Source: Candidatus Eiseniibacteriota bacterium (lineage in GTDB: Bacteria > Eisenbacteria > RBG-16-71-46). From it: a stretch of 64,000 bases of DNA. Shown here in pieces: positions 38,093-47,894 of the stretch. The stretch spans positions 1 through 64,000 of the forward strand of contig JANLWX010000018.1 of the NCBI GenBank assembly GCA_031364845.1. Reading direction: 5' to 3'. The number at the start of each line of letters is the position of its first letter. Within the stretch, counting starts at the first letter, position 1. Position numbers and translations under genes: made by a program. The notes under the pieces are model-generated. The model saw nothing but the letters and a program-made list of their open reading frames with translations. It searched no databases and was not told the origin of the DNA.

Positions 38093-38476
38093 TCACGACG
38101 GAAGTTCTCCGGTCGGCTGGAGCGCCCCGGCGCTAGCGAGCACCCGTTCGATGTCGTCGGCGAGATCCTGGTGGAGAGCCGTGCCGGCGGTGCGTCGTGC
38201 GATCAGGACCAGCCAGTAGCCGGTCGCGGGCACGCGCTGCCAGCGCAGGCGCACGATCTCGCGCAGACGGCGCCGCGCGCGATTACGCTCGACCGCATTG
38301 CCGACGCCCTTCTTGCTCGTGATGAATCCGACGCGGGTCATTTCGGAGGGCTTGGCGAGCACGAGCAGCAGACAGTGCGTCCCGCGCACCGCGGCGCCGC
38401 GCTCTTTGACCTCGGCATACTCCTTCGAAGTGCGCACACGCTGCGTGGAATCGTAGCGCCGCACTCGCGGGTTCAC
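38093..38476 (-). CDS. rnpA: ribonuclease P protein component
   Basis: RVGFITSKKGVGNAVERNRARRRLRE (RNR motif); GTG start chosen. Confidence 0.93.
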   Translation of the reverse strand: MNPRVRRYDSTQRVRTSKEYAEVKERGAAVRGTHCLLLVLAKPSEMTRVGFITSKKGVGNAVERNRARRRLREIVRLRWQRVPATGYWLVLIARRTAGTALHQDLADDIERVLASAGALQPTGELPS

Positions 38477-38582
38477 TGCGAACTCGCGATCGGGTACGCG
38501 GAGACTGTTCCGCCGCGGATCACCGAAGTCACGCGCGGTGGGAGTTTGAAGGGCGGTAGGCAGCAAGGTGCCGCGACCGCGG

Positions 38583-38726
38583 CTACGCCGACGAAACGGT
38601 CAGGCGCTTGCGGCCCTGGGCGCGGCGCGCCGCGAGAATCTTGCGGCCGCCCTTGGTCTTCATCCGGTGGCGGAATCCGTGAGTCTTCTTCCGGTGCCGG
38701 TTACGGGGCTGGAATGTGCGCTTCAT
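38583..38726 (-). CDS. rpmH: 50S ribosomal protein L34
   Basis: Manual translation [54 protein letters not shown]; below the ORF-track cutoff. Confidence 0.98.
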   Translation of the reverse strand: MKRTFQPRNRHRKKTHGFRHRMKTKGGRKILAARRAQGRKRLTVSSA

Positions 38727-38869
38727 TGCGGATTATTCCTCGTTTCGACAAAGGGTTAGGCAAAGAGGCGGGAGATTAGGGGGCAGCGGGCCCCCAAGTC
38801 AAGCCGGAGGTATCCATGGTGAGGGACGGGGAGTCAGAACCCGCAGCCCTCAATCCGGAGTCAAACCCA

Positions 38870-39703
38870 CTACCGGCGAAGCGCCTCGTCCATCGAGTCC
38901 CGGAATTCGCCGAGCCGCTCGCGCTCCGTGGGCCGCATTTCGTCGACTTCCGGGCCGCGGCCATCGTTGAACACGAACCGCCGGCGGCCTTCGTCGACCA
39001 CGGACATCTCGCCGCCGCGCGCGCCGACGTCCACGTGCCCTTCGAGCACGCAGATGCAGGTGCCCTGCGGCTCGCAGATCACCGCCAGCGTCGTTCCGGT
39101 CACCGCGACATCGGCCTCCGGAGTATGGATGGCGAGCCGGGCGCCTTTGAAACGCGGTCCGGTGGTGATTCGAAGCTGCCCCCCGGCCAGCGTGGCCGAA
39201 ACGCCGCGACCGAACCACCGGCCGGGGCTCGCCGGCATCTCCACATCGGTGCCCGCCATCAGCACGATCGCCAGATTTCCGGGTGCCATCACTTCCACGG
39301 TGGCGCCGGGCGGAACCCGAACCCTCGCCCCCGGCAGGAGTGCTGCGGCCAGCTGCTCGGAGTGCTCGAGGGGTATCGGTAGGTTTCCGACCACGATGAT
39401 CCCCGACCCCGAAACGTCTTTCACCTGCCACGCCGGGCCGCGGTTCAGCCCGATCGCGGTCACCGCGATCAGCGTGGCCGCGGCGGCCCACGCCAGCGGC
39501 GGTACCCACCGCGCCGGAAACCGGAACACGCCCGGCACCTCGCGCACGCGGGAACGATCGAGCCCGCTCGAGATGGAGCCCGTCATGAACTCCGTCTGCA
39601 GCCGATCCCGGAATGCGCTCGACGCCCCGCGCATGCGGAGGCCGCGAACCGCGGCTGCCGCCTCGCGCTCTTCGGGAGTCAGGACGTCGATGTCGTCGAT
39701 CAT
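38870..39703 (-). CDS. FecR-domain anti-sigma factor
   Basis: N-terminal cytoplasmic segment, one TM, FecR-like IHTPEADVAVTGT...VLEGHV; directly downstream of the ECF sigma. Confidence 0.8.
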   Translation of the reverse strand: MIDDIDVLTPEEREAAAAVRGLRMRGASSAFRDRLQTEFMTGSISSGLDRSRVREVPGVFRFPARWVPPLAWAAAATLIAVTAIGLNRGPAWQVKDVSGSGIIVVGNLPIPLEHSEQLAAALLPGARVRVPPGATVEVMAPGNLAIVLMAGTDVEMPASPGRWFGRGVSATLAGGQLRITTGPRFKGARLAIHTPEADVAVTGTTLAVICEPQGTCICVLEGHVDVGARGGEMSVVDEGRRRFVFNDGRGPEVDEMRPTERERLGEFRDSMDEALRR

Positions 39704-39758
39704 CGTGGTCTTCCCGTGGCGGGCCCAGAGGCCATGATCGTGTTGCCGTAGAAGGCGC

Positions 39759-40439
39759 TCATCCGAGCGATTCCTTCAGCAATTTCGCGAGTGCGGCCAG
39801 TGCCCGTGAATAGCGCTTGCGCGCCGCCGCGTGTTCGATGCCCAGCAACTCGGCGATTTCCTGATGGCTCATTCCCTGGTACTCGTACAATAGAACCGGC
39901 GTTCGCAGCGCCTCCGGCAACTCCGCGAGGGCTGTGCGCACCAGCCGCTCGCGCTCGTTCATCAACGCATCCTGCTCGGGATCGTTCGCGGTGCTCGCGA
40001 GCGGCTCGACGATCGCCTCGTCGTCGATCGACCGGCTCTTGCCCGACATGCGGTGGGCGCTCGAGCGCCACAGATCGCGGCAGGCGTTGTAGGCAATGGC
40101 CGTGAGCCATGGCCCGGGATCGCGCGCGGGATCGATCTGATGCGCTGCGCGGTACACCTTGAAGAACACCTCCTGAGTCACGTCCTCGGCCGCGGTGCGG
40201 TCGCCCAGCAACCGCAGGACGAGCCCGAACACCCGGTCGAAGTAGTACTCGAAGAATTCCGCCATCGCTTGCGGCTCATGCTGGCGGACTCCGTCGATCA
40301 CGACGCGCGGAGGCGGCGGGAGACTTCCCGGGGCCCGTAGCTCTCGCTCCACAGGAGTCGGGGAGCCCGAACCGCCCGTCGCCACGTTCCCAACTACGCG
40401 GGAATCGGGCGGATGTGTCGGAGGAATCTCGTCGGACAC
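39759..40439 (-). CDS. ECF RNA polymerase sigma factor
   Basis: AAEDVTQEVF, WLTAIAYNACRD (region 2); LPEALR...MSHQEIAELLGI (region 4). Confidence 0.93.
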   Translation of the reverse strand: MSDEIPPTHPPDSRVVGNVATGGSGSPTPVERELRAPGSLPPPPRVVIDGVRQHEPQAMAEFFEYYFDRVFGLVLRLLGDRTAAEDVTQEVFFKVYRAAHQIDPARDPGPWLTAIAYNACRDLWRSSAHRMSGKSRSIDDEAIVEPLASTANDPEQDALMNERERLVRTALAELPEALRTPVLLYEYQGMSHQEIAELLGIEHAAARKRYSRALAALAKLLKESLG

Positions 40440-40576
40440 GAAGCCTCGGAATCGGTGACGGCTGGAATCGGGACGCGGGCAACGCGTTGGAGCGGCCGGC
40501 GACCGGTTGCGCAGCGGAGTATGTCACACGCTGCGCGAAAGTGGAGCACCCGCGAGCCGGCCGAGTCTTGGCCCGA

Positions 40577-42238
40577 TCAGGCCGCTTTGCGCTCCGTCGC
40601 TTCCAGGAGCGCGGTGGCGGAGAATGCCGGATGGACGGCGATCGGCGCCGTCGCATCGGCCGGAATTTCCGCGTCGTTGGCCAGCGTCAGCGGCAGTCGC
40701 ACCCAGAAGCGGCTGCCATCGCCGGGCGTGCTGTTCACCCCCACGTGTCCCCCGTGGAGTTCGGTGATGCGCTTCACCAGATGGAGCCCGATCCCGATAC
40801 CGGCATTCGGTTGCTCGCTCGGCGTCACGCCCTGCCCGAACAGCTCGAAGATGTGCGTCGCTTCCTCGGGCTTGATTCCCGGGCCCTGATCGCTGACCTC
40901 GATGCGGACGCAGCGGGGCTCGCGATCGGTCGTCACCGTGATCGTGCTGCGCTCGGGACTGAACTTGATCGCGTTCACGATCAAATTGACGATCACCTGC
41001 CGGAGCTTCACTTCGTCGATCGACAACGCCGGCAGCTCGCCGTGGAACTCCTCGCGAATCTTGATCCGGGCGCGAGCCGCAAGCGGAGCCGACGTCTCCA
41101 CCGCGCCGTGCGCCACCTCGTTCACCGACAGCATCGCGCGCTTGAGCGTGAACTTGCCGCCCTCGAGCTTCGACAGATCGAGAATGTCGTCGATCAGCCC
41201 GAGCAGCCGCTCCGCTTCGCCGCGGAGCCGGTTCAGGAACTCGGTACGCTGAGCCTTGGTCAGATCCTTCCGGTTCTCGTCGAGCAATTCGGCATACGCG
41301 ATCACCGACGTCAGCGGCGTCTTGAGTTCGTGGCTCGCGGTCGAGAGGAACAGATCCTTCATGCGGTTGGTCTCCGCGAGCTGCTCGTTCACGACTTCGA
41401 GCTCGCGCGAGCGGGAGCCGAGGCGCTCCATGGTCTCCGCGCGCTCGATCACCGCACCCACGTGTTCCGCGAACAGATTGAGCATGTCGCGGTGCCGCTC
41501 CTGGAACGGCTCGGGATGATTGATGCGGTTCACGTTCAGAACCCCCACACAGCGCTCGCCGAATCGCAGCGGCATCGACAGGGCCGAGGTGATGTTGCGG
41601 TCGTTCTTGAAGTGGATGCCGAGCCGGTCGCGCGTCTTGTCGTCGAGCAGAATTCCCTTCTCCTGCTGTGCAACCCAGCCGGCGATGCCCTCGCCGAGCT
41701 TCTTCTTCGCATTGCGCGCGAACTCGCTCTCGAGGCCGTATGAAGCGCGCGTCTCGAGATCGCGCGTCTCGGGGTTGTAGATCATGATCGATGCCTGCTG
41801 CGCCTTGAGCGTCGAAACCACGCGGCGCACGATGATCTCGAGGATCATGTCGAGGCCCAGGTGCAGATTGAGCGTGGTCGAAACCTGGAACAGCGCGGAC
41901 AGCTCCGAAAGCCGCGTGCGCACGTCCTCGGAATCGATTTCCTCCTGCTCCATGCGGCGCCGCAGGGCGTTGAGTTCGCGATGCCGCAGCGCGGTGAACA
42001 GGCACAGCAGGAGCACCAGGCCCGACAGTCCCACCATCGAGTAGTAGGCCTGCCCGAACATCTCGGGCGACAGTTCGGCGCCGGACTCGCGAACCAGCGG
42101 CAGGTAGAGGATCGCCACCGCGGCGGTGAGCCCGACCAGCACCAGACAGGTCACGGCCCACAGCACCCAGCCCTTGCGAACCAGCCGTTCGCCACGGTCG
42201 TGGGAGGAACTCTGCTGCCGGGAATCGTTTCGGTGCAC
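40577..42238 (-). CDS. membrane GAF-domain sensor histidine kinase
   Basis: Two TMs, GAF (GEGIAGWV), H-box SHELKTPL, NAIKFS, DQGPGI, GIGIGL. Confidence 0.93.
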   Translation of the reverse strand: MHRNDSRQQSSSHDRGERLVRKGWVLWAVTCLVLVGLTAAVAILYLPLVRESGAELSPEMFGQAYYSMVGLSGLVLLLCLFTALRHRELNALRRRMEQEEIDSEDVRTRLSELSALFQVSTTLNLHLGLDMILEIIVRRVVSTLKAQQASIMIYNPETRDLETRASYGLESEFARNAKKKLGEGIAGWVAQQEKGILLDDKTRDRLGIHFKNDRNITSALSMPLRFGERCVGVLNVNRINHPEPFQERHRDMLNLFAEHVGAVIERAETMERLGSRSRELEVVNEQLAETNRMKDLFLSTASHELKTPLTSVIAYAELLDENRKDLTKAQRTEFLNRLRGEAERLLGLIDDILDLSKLEGGKFTLKRAMLSVNEVAHGAVETSAPLAARARIKIREEFHGELPALSIDEVKLRQVIVNLIVNAIKFSPERSTITVTTDREPRCVRIEVSDQGPGIKPEEATHIFELFGQGVTPSEQPNAGIGIGLHLVKRITELHGGHVGVNSTPGDGSRFWVRLPLTLANDAEIPADATAPIAVHPAFSATALLEATERKAA

Positions 42239-42429
42239 CGTGGAGCCTCCAGATGTAGGGCCGGGATCGGCCTACGGCGTTATCGGCCGTTCGCGGGCCG
42301 GGCGTGAGCGGCCTCACGTGACGGGCCGGGCGGGAGCGGCCCGCGGTATCGATCCATCGGAGGACCCGGCCCGCGCCGAACGGCCTCTGGCTCGCCCGAA
42401 ACGCGGACCTCCTGTTAGATTGCGCGTCC

Positions 42430-44517
42430 GTGACGCACTCCCCGCAATTCCCGCGCCTGCCGTGGGCTGCACTCGCCGTGGCATTTCTCGCGCTGACCGG
42501 GCTCTACTGGGACGCGATCCACACGCCGTTTCTGAACGACGACTTCCTGTTCCTCGAGGAAGCACGCACCCGTTCGCTTTCAGCTTCGCTGAGCGACCTC
42601 GGCTCGCTCGGCAACTATTTCCGGCCGCTCTCCCGCCAGATCTACTTCGCGGTCCTGACGCCGATCGCGAACGGCCATCCGCTCGTGTTCCATCTGGTGA
42701 ACTACGCGCTGTTTCTCGGCGCGCTCGTGCTGGTCGCCGATCTGCTCGCGAGCCTGATGCCGCGCGCGGGCGTGCTCGCCGGTACGATCTATTTCGCGCT
42801 GCTTCCGCTTCAGCGCGTGAATCTGATGTGGGTGTCGTGCAGCCAGGATCTCCTGGCACTCGCCGGAGCACTCGGGGCGCTCGCATTGCATCGCCGCGAC
42901 CGCATACTGCCGGCGCTCGCGTGTGCGGCGGTGGCCTTCACAAGCAAGGAGACCGCACTCGCGTTGCCGCTCGGCCTCGCGGCGTGGGATCGCTTCGTCG
43001 CCGGGCGCGAAACGCGCGACGTCGTGCGACGCGTCGCCCCGGTGACCGTGCTCGCGCTGGTGTGGACGGCGATCGCGTTCACGATGCGCGCCCGCCACGC
43101 GGCCGCCCAGCCGCTCGACTTCCACCCGCTCGCCTTCGCGGCCGGGTTCGCTCATCTGTTCCAGAGTCTGCTCGGCCTCGAACACCCGTCCGGGTTCGGC
43201 GCCGCACTCGCCGCGAACGGACCGGCGTTGCTGCCGCTCGTGATTCTCGCTTCGCTGGCGCTCTTCTATGCGCCTCGGCGATCGGGCGCATCGGCGGAGA
43301 CGCAGACGGCCGCGGGGACCGCGACGGTGCCCGGCCCGGTCCGCGCAGAGGCGTCGCCGGGCGCGCGTCGCGGGCTCGTCACATTCGCCGTGCTGTGGCT
43401 CATCGCGTTTGCGATCCCCGCCGGTCCCGTCGCTTCGGGTTGGAGTTCCTACTACTACACGCTAGCGGCCGTGGGTGCGGCTCTGCTGTTCGGTCTCGCT
43501 TTTTCGCGCGGCGATCGATGGACGTGGTTCGCGCTCACCGCAGGGCTCCTGTGGTGGCATGCGGCGGGCTCGAACTCGCAGGCGTTCGCCGTCAGCGAGC
43601 GTCGCTGGGTGTGGACGTCGCACCTCACGCCGTTCTATTTCCAGCGCGCTGCGTTGCTCACCGACTCGCTCTCGCGCGAATTGCGCCGCGTGGTTCCCGA
43701 CCCCGAACCGCACACGCGCTTCTTCTTCGCGTCCCTGCCCCCCTGGGCCGGATTTCAGATGGGCAACGGCGCCCTGATCCGCTCGCTCTATCGCGACACG
43801 ACGCTCGCGTCCCACTTCTACTCGCAGTTCTCCGACTCGACCGCGGGCGATCTGCCGGCGCGGTTCCTGTTCTGGGACGGGCGGAAGCTGATCTCACTCT
43901 ATGAGAAGACGCGCGATCCCTGGTTCCAGGTCGGTAGCGACCTGCTGCTGCTCGATCGTCCGGCCGGCGCGCGGCACGCATTCCTGCGCGGCCTGAGCTC
44001 GGGCGGCGAACGCATGGACCTGCTCTACTGGCTCGGCTGGGCCGAATTGTGGACCGGCCGTCGCGATCGCGCCGAGGCGACCTGGACGATGTTCGGAGCC
44101 ATCGACGACTCGCTGGCGTGGAGGGCGCATCTGCGCGCGGCGCACAATTCGCTCGTCGAGCGCGACACGCTCGAATCGCGCCGCCATCTGATCAGTGCGA
44201 TCGAGTACGGCATGGGGCGTCCCGATGCGCACGCAGTGCTCGGCGAGTTGATCATGAACTCTCCGCACTCGCCGAACCTCAAGTACGGGCTCATGGAATT
44301 GAAGGTCGCCGCCTGGCTCAACCCGAAAGACTGGTGGGCGCGACGGCAACTCGCGGCCGGCCTCGCGCGCGTGCGTCTCGACGACGCCTCGCGCGCCGAA
44401 CTGGAATCGCTGGTGCGCGATCATCCGGAGGCCGCGAACGACACGACCGTGGCGCGACTGTGGAATCGCTACCGCGCACGCGCGACGCAGGTCATCGAGA
44501 TGAACGGAGGACGTTGA
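42430..44517 (+). CDS. GT-C-like integral membrane glycosyltransferase with C-terminal TPR-like region
   Basis: PFLNDDFLFL, YFRPLSR, FHLVN and SKE motifs; many TMs; helical C-terminus. Confidence 0.7.
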   Translation: MTHSPQFPRLPWAALAVAFLALTGLYWDAIHTPFLNDDFLFLEEARTRSLSASLSDLGSLGNYFRPLSRQIYFAVLTPIANGHPLVFHLVNYALFLGALVLVADLLASLMPRAGVLAGTIYFALLPLQRVNLMWVSCSQDLLALAGALGALALHRRDRILPALACAAVAFTSKETALALPLGLAAWDRFVAGRETRDVVRRVAPVTVLALVWTAIAFTMRARHAAAQPLDFHPLAFAAGFAHLFQSLLGLEHPSGFGAALAANGPALLPLVILASLALFYAPRRSGASAETQTAAGTATVPGPVRAEASPGARRGLVTFAVLWLIAFAIPAGPVASGWSSYYYTLAAVGAALLFGLAFSRGDRWTWFALTAGLLWWHAAGSNSQAFAVSERRWVWTSHLTPFYFQRAALLTDSLSRELRRVVPDPEPHTRFFFASLPPWAGFQMGNGALIRSLYRDTTLASHFYSQFSDSTAGDLPARFLFWDGRKLISLYEKTRDPWFQVGSDLLLLDRPAGARHAFLRGLSSGGERMDLLYWLGWAELWTGRRDRAEATWTMFGAIDDSLAWRAHLRAAHNSLVERDTLESRRHLISAIEYGMGRPDAHAVLGELIMNSPHSPNLKYGLMELKVAAWLNPKDWWARRQLAAGLARVRLDDASRAELESLVRDHPEAANDTTVARLWNRYRARATQVIEMNGGR

Positions 44518-45533
44518 TGGACACCCGATCGTGCGGACGCGTGGTCATCGAATCCTTCGAGAGCGCCGCACTCGCCGGCAACACCGCGGCCGATCCGGCG
44601 CTGCGCCGTGTCCCGGTCTACCTGCCGCCGTCATACGACGCGAACGGCTCGCGGCGTTATCCGGTGCTCTACGTCCTCACCGGCTTCATGGGACGCGGAC
44701 GCATGCTGCTCAACGACTCACCGTGGTCGCCGTCGCTCGACGATCGCATGGACGATCTGATCGCTCGCGGCGCGTGCGACGAAATGATCCTCGTGATGCC
44801 CGACTGCTTCACGCGCTTCGGCGGCTCGCAGTATCTCAATTCGAGCGCCACCGGCCGCTACGAAGATCATCTCCTCCACGAACTCGTCCCGCACATCGAC
44901 GCGCGCTATCGCACGCGCGCCGACCGCGCGCATCGGGGCCTGGTGGGCAAGTCGTCGGGCGGCTACGGGGCGCTGCGGCTCGGCATGCGGCATCCGGAAG
45001 TGTTCGGGGCGCTCGCCTGCCACAGCGGTGATCTGTACTTCGACTATTGCTATCGCGGCGACATCGCCCCCGCGTGCGCTGCGCTTCAGCGCTCGGGCGG
45101 GCTCGAGCCGTGGCTCACGGCGTTCGAAGCGAAGCGGCAGAAGAAGCACGAGGACTTTCTCGTGCTGAACGTGCTTGGCATGGCGGCGGCCTACTCGCCC
45201 AACCCCGCAACACAGCCATTCGGTTTCGATCTGCCGTGCGATCTCGAGACGGGAGCGTTTCGCAACGACGTGTGGCAGCGCTGGCTCGCGAACGATCCGC
45301 TCGCACTGCTCGATGCTCACGCGGACGCCCTGCGCGCCATGTCGCTCGTCTATCTCGACTGCGGAATCCGCGACGAGTGGAACCTGCATCTCGGCGCCCG
45401 CATGTTCGCGCGGCGTCTGACCGCACTCGGCATCGCCCACGAACACCAGGAATACGACGACGGCCACATGGGCGTGAGCTACCGGTACGACGTGAGCCTG
45501 CCGCGCATCGCGCGCGCGCTGTCGTCCGCATGA
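44517..45533 (+). CDS. alpha/beta-hydrolase (Fes-like putative esterase)
   Basis: VYLPPSY, RYPVLYVL.G, nucleophile elbow GKSSGG, C-terminal DDGH. Confidence 0.9.
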   Translation: MDTRSCGRVVIESFESAALAGNTAADPALRRVPVYLPPSYDANGSRRYPVLYVLTGFMGRGRMLLNDSPWSPSLDDRMDDLIARGACDEMILVMPDCFTRFGGSQYLNSSATGRYEDHLLHELVPHIDARYRTRADRAHRGLVGKSSGGYGALRLGMRHPEVFGALACHSGDLYFDYCYRGDIAPACAALQRSGGLEPWLTAFEAKRQKKHEDFLVLNVLGMAAAYSPNPATQPFGFDLPCDLETGAFRNDVWQRWLANDPLALLDAHADALRAMSLVYLDCGIRDEWNLHLGARMFARRLTALGIAHEHQEYDDGHMGVSYRYDVSLPRIARALSSA

Positions 45534-46291
45534 CCCGCGCACCGATCGCCGGGGCACCGCCGCTGGTGGTGCGCGGTCTCGTACGCCGCTACGGGGAGTT
45601 CACCGCGGTCGACGCGCTCGACCTCGACGTGCGCCCGGGCGAGATCCTCGGATTTCTCGGCCCCAACGGCGCGGGCAAGACCACCACGATCAAGTGCTGC
45701 GCCGGATTGTTGCCCGCCCATGCCGGCACGATCGAGATCGCGGGCTACCCGCTCGCGCGCCATCCGATGCTAGCGCGCGCATCGTTCGGGTACGTCCCCG
45801 ATCGGCCGTTCTTCTACGAACGCCTTAGCGCGCGCGAGTTCATCGAGTTCATCGCGGCACTCTACGATGTGCCGGGCGACGTGGCCGGTCCGCGCGCGCA
45901 GGAACTGTTCGAGCGGCTCGATCTGCTCGATGCCGCCGACGACCTCATCGAAACCTACTCGCACGGCATGCGCCAGAAGGTCTCGCTCGCCGCCGCTCTG
46001 ATCCACGATCCCGCGCTGCTGATGCTCGATGAGCCGATCACCGGTCTCGACCCTCACGGCGCGCGCATGTTGAAGGATCTGTTGCGCGAACGCGCCTCGC
46101 GCGGCCTCGGCGTTCTCGTATCGACGCACCTGCTGGACGTCGCCGAGCGCCTGTGCGATCGCGTCGTGATCCTCGATCACGGCGTGAAACGCGCCGAGGG
46201 AACCCTCGCCGAGCTGCGTGGCACCGACGCCGCGGCGACGCTCGAGGACGTGTTCCTGGCACTGACCCGCGACGACGCGCCGGAAGCATGA
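45530..46291 (+). CDS. ABC transporter ATP-binding protein
   Basis: GPNGAGKTT, YSHGMRQK, LDEP, STH. Confidence 0.95.
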   Translation: MTRAPIAGAPPLVVRGLVRRYGEFTAVDALDLDVRPGEILGFLGPNGAGKTTTIKCCAGLLPAHAGTIEIAGYPLARHPMLARASFGYVPDRPFFYERLSAREFIEFIAALYDVPGDVAGPRAQELFERLDLLDAADDLIETYSHGMRQKVSLAAALIHDPALLMLDEPITGLDPHGARMLKDLLRERASRGLGVLVSTHLLDVAERLCDRVVILDHGVKRAEGTLAELRGTDAAATLEDVFLALTRDDAPEA

Positions 46292-47892
46292 TCTGGAGCG
46301 GCGTGCTGCTGAGCCGCGCCCGGCTCGCGCGCAACCAATTTCTCCCGCGCCCGGGACGCGGCTCCACGACCGGGCGCCCGCTGTTCGCCGCTACGCTCGC
46401 ACTGGTGCTCGCAACCTTCGTCGCGTTCGCACTCGGCGGGCTGTTCCTCCAGCTCCAGAGCGAAGGCGCCGACGCGCGCGACGCTTCGGTGGGCCTGGCG
46501 CTCGCGCTCACCGCCTCGCTCGTCGGACTGATCGCCTTCGATCTCCACGAAGTCGTATCGACGGTAGTGCTCGACTCGGATCTCGAGTTGCTGCGCCGCG
46601 CGCCGGTTCCGGCGTGGTCGTCGTTCGCGATCAAACTGCTCGATGCGTTCCCGCGCACGTCTGCATTGCTCGTGATCCTCGCGGTGCCGGCGCTCGTGGG
46701 CTACGCCGTGATCTATCCGGTGCCCGCATGGTGCTGGGGGCTGGTGCCGCTCGCGCTCGTGTCGCTGTGGGCGATCGCGCTCGGCCTCGGCGTCGCGGTC
46801 GCGCTGCTGCTGCTGCGCGTCGTGCCCGCGACCACCGCGCGCGAGGTGCTCGGGTTGCTCTCGACGTTCGCGGTGTTCGTGCTGTGGATCGGAAATTCGT
46901 TCGTGCTCCCGCGCCTGGCACTCGACAGCGCCTCGCCGCTCGCGATGCTGCACGCGATCGAAGCGAAAGCCCCGTGGGGCTACCGGCTTTCGCCCGGCAC
47001 CTGGATCGCCGAGATGATGGGTGCCGCGAGTGCCGGCGACGCCGCGCACGCGTTACGCGCGCTCGCCAGCACGCTCGCTGCCGCGGCGGCAGCCGTGGTG
47101 CTGGCCGGCGTCGTCGCGGCGCACCATCTGGGCTCGGTGCAGGCGCGGGTGAGCAACGCGCGCGGCCGCGCGACCCGCGGCCCGGCGCGTGCGATGCGCT
47201 TCGCACGGCGACCGGGCCTGCTGGGGGCGCTGTTGAGCCGCGATCTCAAATTGTTCCTGCGCGACTGGACGGTGCTCGGCGACATCGTGGTCGCGAGCGC
47301 GCTGTGGACGCTGCTGCCGCTCGTCGGAGCGCCGCTCTACACGCTCGAACGCGCGCTGCTTGCGCGCGCGATGCTGCTCTCGCTCACCGTCGCACTCGGC
47401 TACGAAGTCGGAACGCGCGCGATCCCATTCGAACGCCGGGGCCTCGTGTGGGCGCGGCTCGCCCCCGTTCCCGCATGGCGCTGGATCGTTGGACGCGCGG
47501 TGTCGACGCTCGCCGTCGCGTTACCCGTGGTCGCGATCGCGGCGACCGGCGTGATCGGCGCACTCGGACTCACCGCACTCGAGATCGTGACCACACTCGC
47601 GATCGTGCTGCCGGCGCTCGCGATCGCACTGGCGATCGGACTGTGGACGGGCACCGCACATGCGAACTTCGAATGGACCCATCCCCGCGCGATGCTGACG
47701 CTCACCGGCCGCACGTTGGCGACGGTCCTGCTGCTGGCGCAGGCGGTCGGGTGGTTCGCGTGGGCGATGTACGGCACCCACGTCGCCACGGGACTCTCCG
47801 CCACGCTGTTGCCGCTCGCACTCGCCACGGTGCTGGTGCCGGCACTGCTCGCCCTGACCGCGCGGGAACTGCGGCGCCGGACGCTCGGGTAG
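46288..47892 (+). CDS. ABC-2-type transporter permease
   Basis: Two multi-TM halves (DLELLRRAPV; RDLKLFLRD); ATGA-coupled to the ATPase. Confidence 0.82.
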   Translation: MIWSGVLLSRARLARNQFLPRPGRGSTTGRPLFAATLALVLATFVAFALGGLFLQLQSEGADARDASVGLALALTASLVGLIAFDLHEVVSTVVLDSDLELLRRAPVPAWSSFAIKLLDAFPRTSALLVILAVPALVGYAVIYPVPAWCWGLVPLALVSLWAIALGLGVAVALLLLRVVPATTAREVLGLLSTFAVFVLWIGNSFVLPRLALDSASPLAMLHAIEAKAPWGYRLSPGTWIAEMMGAASAGDAAHALRALASTLAAAAAAVVLAGVVAAHHLGSVQARVSNARGRATRGPARAMRFARRPGLLGALLSRDLKLFLRDWTVLGDIVVASALWTLLPLVGAPLYTLERALLARAMLLSLTVALGYEVGTRAIPFERRGLVWARLAPVPAWRWIVGRAVSTLAVALPVVAIAATGVIGALGLTALEIVTTLAIVLPALAIALAIGLWTGTAHANFEWTHPRAMLTLTGRTLATVLLLAQAVGWFAWAMYGTHVATGLSATLLPLALATVLVPALLALTARELRRRTLG

Positions 47893-47894
47893 AC

